From Psammoneis japonica (taxonomy: Eukaryota), in contig QPGO01000303.1 of NCBI GenBank assembly GCA_008632985.1, forward strand, positions 44,792 to 64,791: DNA of 20,000 nucleotides, read 5' to 3'. Of this stretch, positions 9,930-20,000 are shown piece after piece. Each line of letters starts with the position of its first letter. The first letter of the stretch is position 1. A model generated the notes under the pieces. It ran no database searches, was not told the origin of the DNA, and saw only the letters and a program-made list of their open reading frames with translations. A program made the position numbers and the translations under genes.

Positions 9930-10232
9930 GGTCACTTTCGACGTGAAGTGAGGGCACAAATACACAGCTGTAGGTATTGGCGGGAAAAAACGAATCCAAA
10001 CACGTTGGGTCACATCGGTATTTAACAAATTTTCAAAATTACTGGGGCATATATAGAATTTATTTAATGAAGGAGATAGTAAAGATTTCCCGCCATTTTG
10101 ATACGGCGCTGTTCGTGGTATCGACAAAATTTTTCTTCGTCAGCTATGTGGTTGGATTTATGCCCGCGGTCTTTTCATCTACCAAACCCTGTGTGTGTCC
10201 ACCTCACCGTTTTGGTCGCGGCAAAAGTGACC
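9930..10232. repeat. Degenerate long inverted repeat (possible MITE/foldback relic)
   Basis: Mirror blocks GGTCACTTT (9930)/AAAGTGACC (10224-10232), GTGAGG (9948)/CCTCAC (10202) and AATCCAA (9993)/TTGGATT (10152) are all centred near 10075-10081, around an AT-rich core. Confidence 0.4.
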
Positions 10233-10979
10233 GACACATTGATCTCTTGTTGGGACTCAATCTTCTCTTACTTGTACGGATGAAACCGAACAGTGTGATC
10301 AAAGACGCAGTGCCGCTTCCCCGAATTACAATGTCTCTTTTGATATGACATGTCCGAGTCCAGTCGAGATCTGGTAGTCCCGGTGGCTTCACGCCACACG
10401 ATGAAGTAAGCACACAGAATTGGGCGACCTGCACACAAGACGGTTGGGCCTGACGTCCAAAGTTCAACATCCTCATGCAGAAGAATGTTGGAGGCTCCGT
10501 TCAAAATCACGGTGCTTTGGTGCCAACCTCCAGCAGTAAGTAGGAACTAGAGAGTAGAGAGAGCGAGGCGAAAGGCACCACCCATCTGACCCGCGTCACA
10601 GAGAGTGCCTGAACAAAAGGCCAAAACTTACGAAAGCGAAAAGCGTGGTATCATAGCGAAAAATCAGATGATACGAACGGTGCTCTACCTACTATGACAT
10701 AACTTTTAGTATCCCTACTTACTGCTCTTCTTTAGCTACTAGTACCGTAGCTCTAGAGTAGAGTGTTGGAAGCAGCGCGACGATCACGGGACTCACCACA
10801 AACTGCTTTTCGTGGGCCGCGTCCACATCGCGCACACCGCGGGAGCGTCGACGACGCGACGACACGGACGCGATTGGAGATTGGAGCGCAGGCGGTGGAT
10901 GCGGTGCCGCAGCAATCAACAACAGCAACAGCCCAAGTTCAGACCACCGTACTTTTGCTCGTTTTAGGTCTCATTCACC

Positions 10980-13900
10980 ATGTTTGAGAAGACTCTGACA
11001 GATGTAGTCAAGGGCATTCGTGCCTCCAAGCGAGATACGGCTCTCTACATTTCTCAATGCATTGCCGAAATCAAGGTCGAAATCAACTCGACTGATCCTT
11101 ATGTCAAGGCGAACGCACTGCAAAAAATCACATTTCTCCAAATGATGGGGTACAGCATGAGTTGGGCCAGCTTTGCTTCCATTGAAGTCATGAGCTTTCC
11201 CAGATTTGCGCACAAACGAATAGGCTATTTGGCGGCGTCACAGGGCTTTACTCAAGATACCGATGTAATTCTCCTGACGACGAATTTACTCAAGAAAGAA
11301 CTTCGCGGAGCTGTCGGTGGGAGTATGAGGGGTGTGTATGAAGCTGGATTGGCGATCAACTGTCTGTCAAACATTGTCACAGAAGACTTGGCAAGAGATT
11401 TACTACCCGAAGTTACAAACCTTACAAAGCACCCTCAACCTTACCTGAGAAAAAAGGCGGTTTTGTGCCTCTTCAAACTGTTTATCAAGTACCCTCAAGG
11501 CTTACGCTTGACCTTCGCGAAGGTGCAGCAATGCTTAGATGATCAGAATGCCTCGGTTGTGTCATGCGCAGTCAATGTAATTACCGAGCTCAGTGACAAG
11601 AATCCCAAGAACTATCTGCATTTGGCCCCTGCCTTTTCCAGCTGCTTACATCGAGTAGTAACAATTGGATGCTCATCAAGGTGGTCAAGCTTTTAGGCTC
11701 GCTTGTTCAGGAAGAGCCGAGACTGGCGAGGAAATTGTTGGAACCGCTAGCAAACATTGTCAAATCGACTCAAGCAAAGTCACTTCTTTACGAAGCCGTC
11801 CATACCATTACGCTCTCCTTACCATATTGCAGAAAAGCCGACGGAACAATGCCGCCATCCGTTCCAGGCATCGTTACCCTCTGTGCTCAAACGTTACGCG
11901 AGTTTGTGGAGGAATCCGATCAAAATTTAAAGTATCTGGGGTTGGTGGGATTTGGATCGCTCATGGCGTCTCATCCAAAGGTTCTAATGGCACCGGATTA
12001 CCGCCCACTCATCCTGGCATGCCTCAGTGATGAAGATGTCACTATCCGCACCCGCGCTTTGGATTTACTAGGCGGAATGGCATCCCGAAAGAACTTGCGC
12101 GAGCTCGTTTCTCAGCTTGTCAAGCATGTCGAACTCGCGACTGGCGAATACAAGAATGATTTGGTTCTCAAGATTGTAGAAATGTGTTCTTCGGACAGAT
12201 ACGCCTTGCTGCAAGATTTTGCGTGGTATCTTGATATTTTGCTGGAACTAGGACACGAACGCGGTATTGACGTTCATGCCGAATTATTAGCCAATCAAGT
12301 ATCAAATGTCGCGCTGCGTGTCCTTCCGGTTCGAGCTTATGCCGTGCAACGAGGCATGGAGGTTTTGTATGAAGGCGAGAAATCAAGGAAAGTCCTCCAA
12401 GGCAATCTAGGAAATGCTGAAGAAGACGAGGATACTTTTGCAGCAGATAACGGACGTGGGAAGCATATAATGCCGGAAATACTTCCTTCTGTGGCGTGGC
12501 TTGTTGGAGAATACTCTGATTTAATTCGCGACGCCGACATAGACGAAGAAGGCATTGCCGCGATGCTTAAGACTTACAAGGGACTCTATCATGGGACAAT
12601 TGAATCTCTCTTGGCTCCATCCAATACCCAGGAACTTCAAACTACAACTCAAAGTGTCTATGTGCAAGCCGCAATGAAGGTATTTGCGGCTGCCACGGGC
12701 GATGGCAAGGTTTCTGGGAAAGAGCTAGAATGTTGCGTGGAGTGTCTATCGAAGTATTTGCCATTGTACATGCAGAGCACCAATGTGGAAGTGCAGGAAC
12801 GTGCGTTTACTTTGTACGAGCTGCTTCGCGCTGTCGACATTCTTTCGGACGGTTCTTTTGGCGCAGACATGCCCAATCTGGCTCTTCTAGGAAACAACGA
12901 AGAAGATTCTTCGAGTGACGAAGACAGCGCTGGCGGTGGCCTAGAAGGCGATTTGCTTGGAGTAGGATCGGGGTCCAGTCAGGGCCAGAACAAGAGCACA
13001 AAGAAGAAAAAGAGCGTAGCGGCTGGTGCATCTTCTTCTGTTTCCTCCAGGTGCCGAGCTGCGTCGTCCACATTGCAATATCTGCTCAAGCCAGAACCAA
13101 TGAAGCCTATTAGTGCCAAAGCTCAACGAAAGAAACGACAGGCGCCTATTGGCTTTTCAGCGGAAGTTTTAGATGCGCCGGTCAACATGGATGTGTTTGC
13201 CGACCTCTTGGAGGAGGAGAGGACGCATCGACCAAGTGGTGGAGGACTGGTTAGCATCGAGTCTGTGAGTTTTACCCAGCAACGACCTTTACGAAGCGCC
13301 GCAACCGCGACCCCGGCACCAAACGTTGGACAACCTTTTACTGCTGTACAGCCATCAACTGTAAGCGACGGCGTAGGCGGTAACACCTTTCCTTCCGGCT
13401 TCCAATCCACTACCGGGGGAATGGGAGAAGCGGGAACCCTTGCCCCTCAATTGAACCGTCCACCAAACCAGCATGGCCCGTTCTATCTCAATTCAGGAGG
13501 TGAAACTAACATGGATGTGGAATCCCGTGAGCAACAGGGCAACGTGTTTGGAGCCATCCAATTGGTCGACAGTGATGGAGACGAGGATCATGAAGTTAGC
13601 CCAAAAAAGAAAAAGAAGAAACAGCGTAAGAAGGACCGAAACCGGAAGCAAAAGAAGGGGGATGCAGCTACGACCCAGATAGGTTTGGAAGATTTTACAA
13701 TTCTCTCCATGACAGATACGTCTCAGAAACCATCAGCAGCCATGGATTATACTGTTTACGGAAGCGACGAGGAGGAGCATGGAGAAACGAACCATGCTCG
13801 TGGCTCTATTACGGGGCGTAGAGGAAGTGGGATTGTCAACAAGGAATTTGACTCCCTCTCAAAAATTGATTTGACTACACCATTGAGGGAGGACGAAGTC

Positions 13901-15049
13901 ATGCCGACGAGAGAGCACCATGTCGTGGCTGAGCGACCGCAGCCGGAAGCAGGTGGTGGAAGATCTTCCGACGCCAAGAAGAAAAAGAAGGAGTCCAAAA
14001 AGGCAAAGAAAGCCGCATCCAAGAAGCGCCACGGAAAATCAAAGGAAGAAACCGGCGCAACGGATTCTCAAGCGACAACGGGTGATCTGCTCGATCTCGG
14101 CATGTTCGCACCAACTACAGCTGCTCCCGCTACTTGCGCAACAAAAGAACCGGTAGCAATGCAAACTACGGACAACCCAATAAGTACAGCTTTTGACGAC
14201 TTGCTGGGATTGACGACGGAGTCTGAAAGCAACGTCGTTCCGCCAGTGTCTGCTTCCCGCGATGGTTTTGAATCGCTTGGTGGTTCATCTCCATCTCCGC
14301 TACCTGCATCCGCACTATCAGGTGCCATTCCGTCCACCAAGTCGTCGGGCAAGCATCCATGGTTGAAATGCACAGTCAAAGCATCCGGCGGTTCCGGTAT
14401 TGTCGATTGGGAGAAAGTGTCTGTCTACTCAAAAGTGTACCCGCACTCTGGAGGTGCTGCAGCCATGATCAAGATCAAAGTCGTAAACGAGATGGAAAGC
14501 GTCGCTTTGGAAAATGTCGTTATCAAGCTTAAAGGAAAGAAAACACAAGATATTGTGGTCGGCATGATTTCTCCGGGAGGAAAGGGGGAATCCTCAAAGT
14601 CGGGTCCCATTCCATGCGATGCACTTCAAGGATCGGCGACTGATATTCGGGGATCCATTGTCTCGACCACAGGTGATTCTTCTGTTTCGTTCAAGTTGAC
14701 TCTTCCGGCCACGCTTGGACTTGTTGCAATGCCCGGGTTGTCACAAGAATCCGTGCTTTCAGAGCTGACAACTGGTCAGTGGTCTTCGCACTCTGTGACG
14801 ATTCAAGCATCCTCCGCCGATGGAAAGCGAGTAAAGTCTATTGTCGGCTCCTTTCTTCAAGCTGCTGAAGTTGAGGGCGAAAGCAGTGATTCAATGTCGG
14901 GAACGTTTGCTGCAAGTTTGCCTGGATCTGCCGTGCAAGTGCGAGCGCTTGTCAAGGTGAAAAGCTCATCGGTAAAGGTGGACCTCAAGTGTACTGACGC
15001 GAGCTTGGGCAAGGCGGTGGCAAAGGATCTCAAAAAGATTGTCTTGTAA
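10980..15049 (+). CDS. AP3D1: AP-3 complex subunit delta (delta-adaptin); one apparent 1-nt frameshift near 11635
   Basis: Canonical N-terminus MFEKTLTDVVKGIRA, 'KRIGYLAASQ', 'LLTTNLLKKEL', 'NVITELSDKNPKNYL' and 'DQNLKYLGL'. Adding one T to the run at 11634-11637 restores the conserved 'APAFFQLLTSSSNNWMLIKVVKL'. A Lys-rich hinge and ear-like C-terminus follow. Confidence 0.95.
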
Positions 15050-15062
15050 AAGAAAGAACCGT

Positions 15063-16064
15063 TCAATCGTCTCTTTCCATGCACATCTCTTTAGGCAGCT
15101 GCCATTTCCCGGTAGCGTATTTCAACCGCATTCGCAGTACCTCAAGAAGCATAACTAAAGAAACACGAAAAGTTCCACCCGGTTCCTGTTCCAATTTTGA
15201 ACCCTTCTTGTCTTGCCACACAACGACGCGCTCCGCTACTGGCACTTTGAGACGCTTGGCCCGAAAAATCACTTCCACGTCGTGTGCCCACCTTGTGAGA
15301 TACAAGTTTTGATAGAGCATTTGAGCCGCACTTGCCGTCATGAGTTTGAATCCGCATTGCGTATCTCGCACACCTAAATTTCCACAACACAGCAGCACGG
15401 TTGTTCGAAAACCCCATCTTGTAATGGCACGAGATACGGACGTTCCTTGATAGCCGCGATCACCAACCACCATGGCTGGCTTTGTAAAGTCGCCCTGTAC
15501 AAGATCTGTCAAGTCTTGTAGCAAGTTTTCAACACACGAAATCTCGCCGCTCCCGTCTGCGTCAGCGACCAAAACAATGCCACCGCAGCCTTCATCCTGA
15601 TGTATAATGACTTCTTGAATCCCTCTAGCTATCGCCGCACCCTTTCCTCTATTCTTTTCCAAGCTTACAACTTGAATAGGTGTACAGGAACTGTTTCTTT
15701 TCGAACTGATTTTCTTTGCGACATTGACAGTTTGATCCGACGATCCATCACTCACAATCAACATTTGGCTAGTGAACTGAGGGTGTGTTTTTGCCTCATT
15801 CTTTTCGCCTCCAATCGAAAACTGATCTAGATAACTGGAATACCGCTGAATTGTTTCCGAAATCCGATCTTGTTCATTGTACGCTGGAAGTATGACGGTC
15901 AACCTCGGACAAGCATTTCCTTTCTGAAATGTACGTGTTGCCAGTCCTTCGACGCGAGGGCTTACAATAAAGCAAAACGATGCAAAGATCAACCCAAACT
16001 GTAACGATAATGTCATTACGCCTTTCCAGCATAGCACTGGTGAGGGAACAGGCCGATGCTTCAT
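15063..16064 (-). CDS. ALG5: GT2 glycosyltransferase, dolichyl-phosphate beta-glucosyltransferase (ALG5)-like
   Basis: 'LTVILPAYNEQDRI', 'VSDGSSDQT', 'NRGKGAAI', 'ADADG', 'RDTQCGFKL', 'RWAHDVE' and 'VVWQDKKGSKL', with an N-terminal hydrophobic segment. Start is ATG 16064 or 16016. Confidence 0.85.
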   Translation of the reverse strand: MKHRPVPSPVLCWKGVMTLSLQFGLIFASFCFIVSPRVEGLATRTFQKGNACPRLTVILPAYNEQDRISETIQRYSSYLDQFSIGGEKNEAKTHPQFTSQMLIVSDGSSDQTVNVAKKISSKRNSSCTPIQVVSLEKNRGKGAAIARGIQEVIIHQDEGCGGIVLVADADGSGEISCVENLLQDLTDLVQGDFTKPAMVVGDRGYQGTSVSRAITRWGFRTTVLLCCGNLGVRDTQCGFKLMTASAAQMLYQNLYLTRWAHDVEVIFRAKRLKVPVAERVVVWQDKKGSKLEQEPGGTFRVSLVMLLEVLRMRLKYATGKWQLPKEMCMERDD

Positions 16065-16172
16065 GACATGGACCGTCTTCAATCTCACATTTTATTAATA
16101 GCCATGCTGCCGAACGAGAAACCACACAGGAGAAACCGCCGGAATCGAATGCGCGCGCCTGATAACGCGAGA

Positions 16173-16197
16173 TGACGTCAGACTGGGTTTTCCCGCC
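16173..16197. promoter_or_regulatory. Candidate elements in the divergent promoter: CRE/bZIP palindrome TGACGTCA and E2F-like TTTCCCGCC
   Basis: TGACGTCA at 16173-16180 and TTTTCCCGCC at 16188-16197, between head-to-head genes. Function is inferred from the consensus match only. Confidence 0.4.
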
Positions 16198-16383
16198 ATT
16201 TCAGTCACGAACGTGACTTATGGCCCACCTGCGATCTTCGATCCTTTCGAATCAACACGCCATGAGCCTTGGAGCTTGACGGCAAACGACGACAGAGGTG
16301 AGAGAGAAGAGAGACATACCATAGACCCTTCTTGTCCTGTAACTCTACAAGTTCGCTACTTGAAAAAAGAATCGAAGTAGAAT

Positions 16384-19121
16384 ATGGCGCCAGTAGAAGA
16401 GGAAAACGAAAGTGTCGCCGCACAAGCAGCGACGAGAATCAGAATGCTTGCTCCCGGATTCTCCGCCTCTGAGCAATGACGAATCAGAGCAAGCTATAGA
16501 CGCCGACAAGAACAAATCTCAAGCTCTTCCAACAAATGATCCAGAAGCTACTGGCAATGAGTCATCAAAACGGACGCTTGTAGAGGCCACTGAGTTGAAC
16601 CAAGTTCTCCTGCTCCTGATCAGGCAACGAAGGAATCAAAAAGTGCTACACAGCATAAGTCAGATCAGACTTGTCCAGAGCCCATGGATTCTGAGGCTAC
16701 AAGCAACGCGTCATCGAAACGCACACTTTTGGATTTCTTTGGCTCTCCTACTCAAGCAACCAAAAAAAGACCCAGACAGGTACCCAAAGGCGTGCAACAA
16801 GAGGCTAAGGCAACAGAACGTTGGGAGAGCCCACGGATTCAGAGCCTGCAAGCAAGGAGCCGTGTCTCCTCCTTCTGATAAAGCAGTAAAGGAACCGGGA
16901 CAGGATTCTAAGGACACTGCTGGTAAAGAAGACAAGAATCCTGCATCCGCTGCTACAATTATTATTCCGAGTCCAATTGTTCCCGAGTTGGTCACGAGTC
17001 CATCGCGTGCCGCTTGGGTCACTCGACGCGATTGCCTGATTGTACGAAAAGACAAGTCCGCAAAGGAACATCGCACCAAGGCGGCTGCCTTTGATTTGGA
17101 TCAAACCTTGTTGCTATGGAGGTGTGCGGGGTGGCCATCCAAACCCGAGCATTATGAACTATGGTCTGCAGAGGTCATTCCCAAGCTACAGCAGCTCTCG
17201 GACGACGGATATCAATTGGTCATTTTCTCCAATCAAGGCGGCATCCGATCTGCGTTCAACGGAAAGACTGCGTCGCGTGCCAAGGGATTGATTGAATGGA
17301 TTGCGTCAAAGCTGAACAAACCATTGTTTGCGATTCTGAGTACAAAATCAAAGTCGGGGTATCACAAACCAAGTCCGCAAATGTGGGAAATCGTTGAGCA
17401 AGAATGCAACGGTGGAGTCCAGTTTGATTTGGAGCAGAGCTTTTATGTTGGAGACTCGGATGGCGAAGCGGACGGCAAGAACGATTCCTACCAAGAACAG
17501 GGTGTTGACAAGATGTTTGCCGAGAATGTTGGTAAATTGCGTAGTCAAGTTCTCCGGTTTCAGAATCCTGTACAGTTCTTTGGACGAGTGACTTGGGACG
17601 ACGTCAAGAGGCCAGGCTAGACGCGAAGCTGTCCAGCATGCCGTACGAGACTCCTCCGGAATCGGCATTGAAGACGCGAGCCGCTCTTTTAGGAGGCTAT
17701 CTTGAAGGAAATATCATGCTGATATTGTGTGGGGTTCAAGGCTCGGGAAAGTCCTATTTCTGTAAGGAACTCACCCGTCTTTCAAAGTGGGTGCATTTGT
17801 CACAAGACACGATTGCAAAAGGCAAGCCCGGCAAGCGAGAAAAGGTTGAGAAAGCGGCTATTGAGGCCTTGCAAAAGGGTGACTCGGTAGTAATCGATCG
17901 GATGCATTTGGATGTCCAGCAGCGAAACTACTTTCTAGAGGTGGCAAAAAATGCCGGCGACGTACCGGTGCACGTGTTGTGGCTCAATGCACCAAGGCAT
18001 CAAGTGGAAGAGAGGGTTCGATCTCGCACCGACCACCCCGGTGGAGTACAGGGAGAGCGCGGTGCAAAGATGGCAGTGTCCTTCATGGAGAAGCTCGAAG
18101 CCCCGAAGTATCAAGAAGGCTTTTCTTTGTGAGCATCGCTTCCAACCCAGAGCCGTTGCATCTTTCTGTCAACTCTACAGTCAGATGTGTCCAAAAGACG
18201 TGATTAGCTCAACTCCGGGCATGAAATCGCACTTTGAGTTGTCGCCGTACAAGGACGGAAAGTCTTCAGACGTACAGCTGCCATCTTTGTCACTTGGGAC
18301 GCAGAAAGTTGGAAAGCGTGTGGCGTCATCCGTCGTTTCACTCGCGCTTCAAAAAGGATTCCGTGCTGTCGACACAGCTCCCACCTATAACAACGAGACC
18401 GAAGTTGGTGGCGGATTGTCGAACCAAGACGGGGTAGTTGTCGTTGTGAAGGTCCCGAAAAGGGCGACGCAACCCTCGGATGTTCGTGACGAGATAATGT
18501 CAAGTTTGAAAAAGCTGCAATGCGAGAATGCTGACTTGGTATTGTTGCACTGGCCTTGTGACTTCATCGAGGCTGATTCTCTTGGAGCGTATGGAAGACT
18601 TTAGAGGAAATGGTTTCCGAAGGCATCGTCAAGCCTTGGGCGTGTCGAATTTCTCGGTGGGTGCCTTGCGATTTCTTTTGCCTCTATGCGAGTCTGTGAT
18701 GCCTGTCGTCAACCAGGTGGAGCGTCATCCACTGTTGCCGCAGTGGGAATTGCTAGACTTCTGCATCAATCACAATATTCTGATGCAAGCACACACTTGC
18801 CTTGGACAGGGCCGCGACGAATTGCTGCAGCATCCCACGATTGTCAAAGTCGCCACTAAAGCGAATCGCTCCCCGTCTCAAGTATTGGTTGAATGGAACT
18901 TGAAACAGAACGTGGCTGCCGTAGCGAAGTGTGCATCAGAGGAGCATATGCAAGAACTCCTGAAAGTGTTGACTGACGACGCGTCGCTTGATGTCCATGC
19001 TATGAAGGCGTTGGACGGTATTGGGACAAGCGAGGCGAATTGCTTACGGTTTGTTTCGCCGCCCTTCATGTACAAGCCGGACGCTCCTTACTCCTGGGGC
19101 GCACGAATGCCGAAAAAGTAA
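16384..19121 (+). CDS. Fusion of PNKP-type HAD DNA 3'-phosphatase + AAA_33 P-loop kinase + aldo-keto reductase, interrupted by several apparent 1-nt frameshifts
   Basis: Phosphatase: 'AAFDLDQTL', 'LVIFSNQGG', 'YHKPSPQMW', 'SFYVGD', 'DKMFAENVG'. Kinase: 'ILCGVQGSGKS', 'SVVIDR'. AKR: 'LGT', 'DTAPTYNNE', 'VKV', 'DLVLLHWP', 'LGVSNFS', 'VNQVERHP'. Frame breaks near 16435, ~16595, ~16830, 17585, 18120-18150, 18589 and 18633. The start at 16384 (MAPVEEENE) is tentative. Confidence 0.8.
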
Positions 19122-19343
19122 CGAAAGATTAGAGAAATATCTCCAAGAATAGAAATCGAGCCCCGAAGGGATAGTAAAACTTTGCACTCAAAGTTGGATA
19201 GGAGTTTGTTTTACATAATATGTTATTCGTTGAAGTCTGGACGGCATTCGCAAAAGTATTCTCAATTAGCACAGCTTTGCTGGTAGACGAGTAAACGTGG
19301 TCTTTCTCTCCCCTACACGTATTACTCGGTGTATACTACGTAG

Positions 19344-20000
19344 CTATGCCGCGATGGGGAATTCATCGTGTGATACTGATGATTCAGAGGGTTCTCTTTC
19401 AATGTCTTGAATAGCATTCTCGATGCCGCTGAAACTTCGTTCATCAATCACGGGAAGAATATCCAAGGTAGAGAGCTTTCCACGATTCAGCTTATCGCTT
19501 CTCAACATGGAGTTGGAATGTGCCGGATTTTTGACAGGCTTCAAGACAGCTGCGTTTGAAGCAATGCGATTCTGAAATTCTTTAGCCTTCTTTGAAGCGC
19601 TGTTTTGGGTCATGGAGAGCCTACAACGTTCTGCTTCGCATGCGTCAGCAGTGCCCATTCGTACTGCAAATTCTCGCGCGTTCTGTGTTAGGTGCGAGTA
19701 CACCTTCGCCAGATGTCCTGGATCGATATCTCCTGAGTTGCGCTGAACTTTTTGCGAATGGAAACACATCTTATCGAGTTTCTCCTTTCTCTGTCTCTTC
19801 GGGACCCATGTTCCAGGTTTGATTTTAGTTCCAGGCCTCGTCTTGAGAGGCGACACCAGCGATTGAGCGACCTTTGCTGATGGTGGGGATACTCCCTGAA
19901 TCTATCATTCAGCAACTGTCCTGCACCTAACTCTCTGAATCTTTTTCCACCATCTTTGCTTTCTGCCTTATAACAACATAGTCCTCATACGTCAACCATG
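19344..20000 (-). CDS. Hypothetical protein, paralog of the 9005-9652 gene; 5' end outside the window; two apparent frameshifts
   Basis: Pieced frames give WLTYEDYVVIRQKAKMV / RFRELGAGQLLND...RWCRLSRRGLELKSNLEHGSRRDRERRNSIRCV / FHSQKVQR...LAKVYSHLTQNAREFAVRMGTADA...IAA*. This is collinear with the 9005 protein, which also ends IAA. Breaks fall at runs 19942-19946 and 19762-19764. Confidence 0.75.

Noticed and set aside
7954..10987. Short intergenic ORFs (for example 8364-8627, 9977-10348, 10204-10476) and possible tRNA/ncRNA genes
   Set aside because: No recognisable protein motifs, mostly non-ATG starts, and no cloverleaf or known RNA signature seen by eye.
11630..11700. Programmed frameshift, intron or pseudogene in AP3D1
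   Set aside because: One added T restores the conserved sequence with no room for an intron. There is no slippery heptamer, and the rest of the gene is intact.

Overview
Eukaryotic, gene-dense and intron-poor sequence that looks like a diatom (bipartite plastid presequence, diatom-type ankyrin and 'RGLE' family genes). Bases 1-4351 are a heavily mutated block that is almost free of both CpG and TpA and rich in TG/CA. On the minus strand it appears to hold the decayed remains of two tandem C5-cytosine DNA methyltransferase domains. After a 175-N gap come ordinary genes: a plastid-targeted Lon-N domain protein, an ankyrin protein with one intron, two paralogous 'RGLE'-motif hypothetical proteins, AP-3 delta adaptin, an ALG5-like GT2 glycosyltransferase, and an unusual DNA 3'-phosphatase + P-loop kinase + aldo-keto reductase fusion. 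Several genes have single-base frameshifts, mostly in short runs, which are most likely assembly errors. All motif calls were made by eye; no searches were run.
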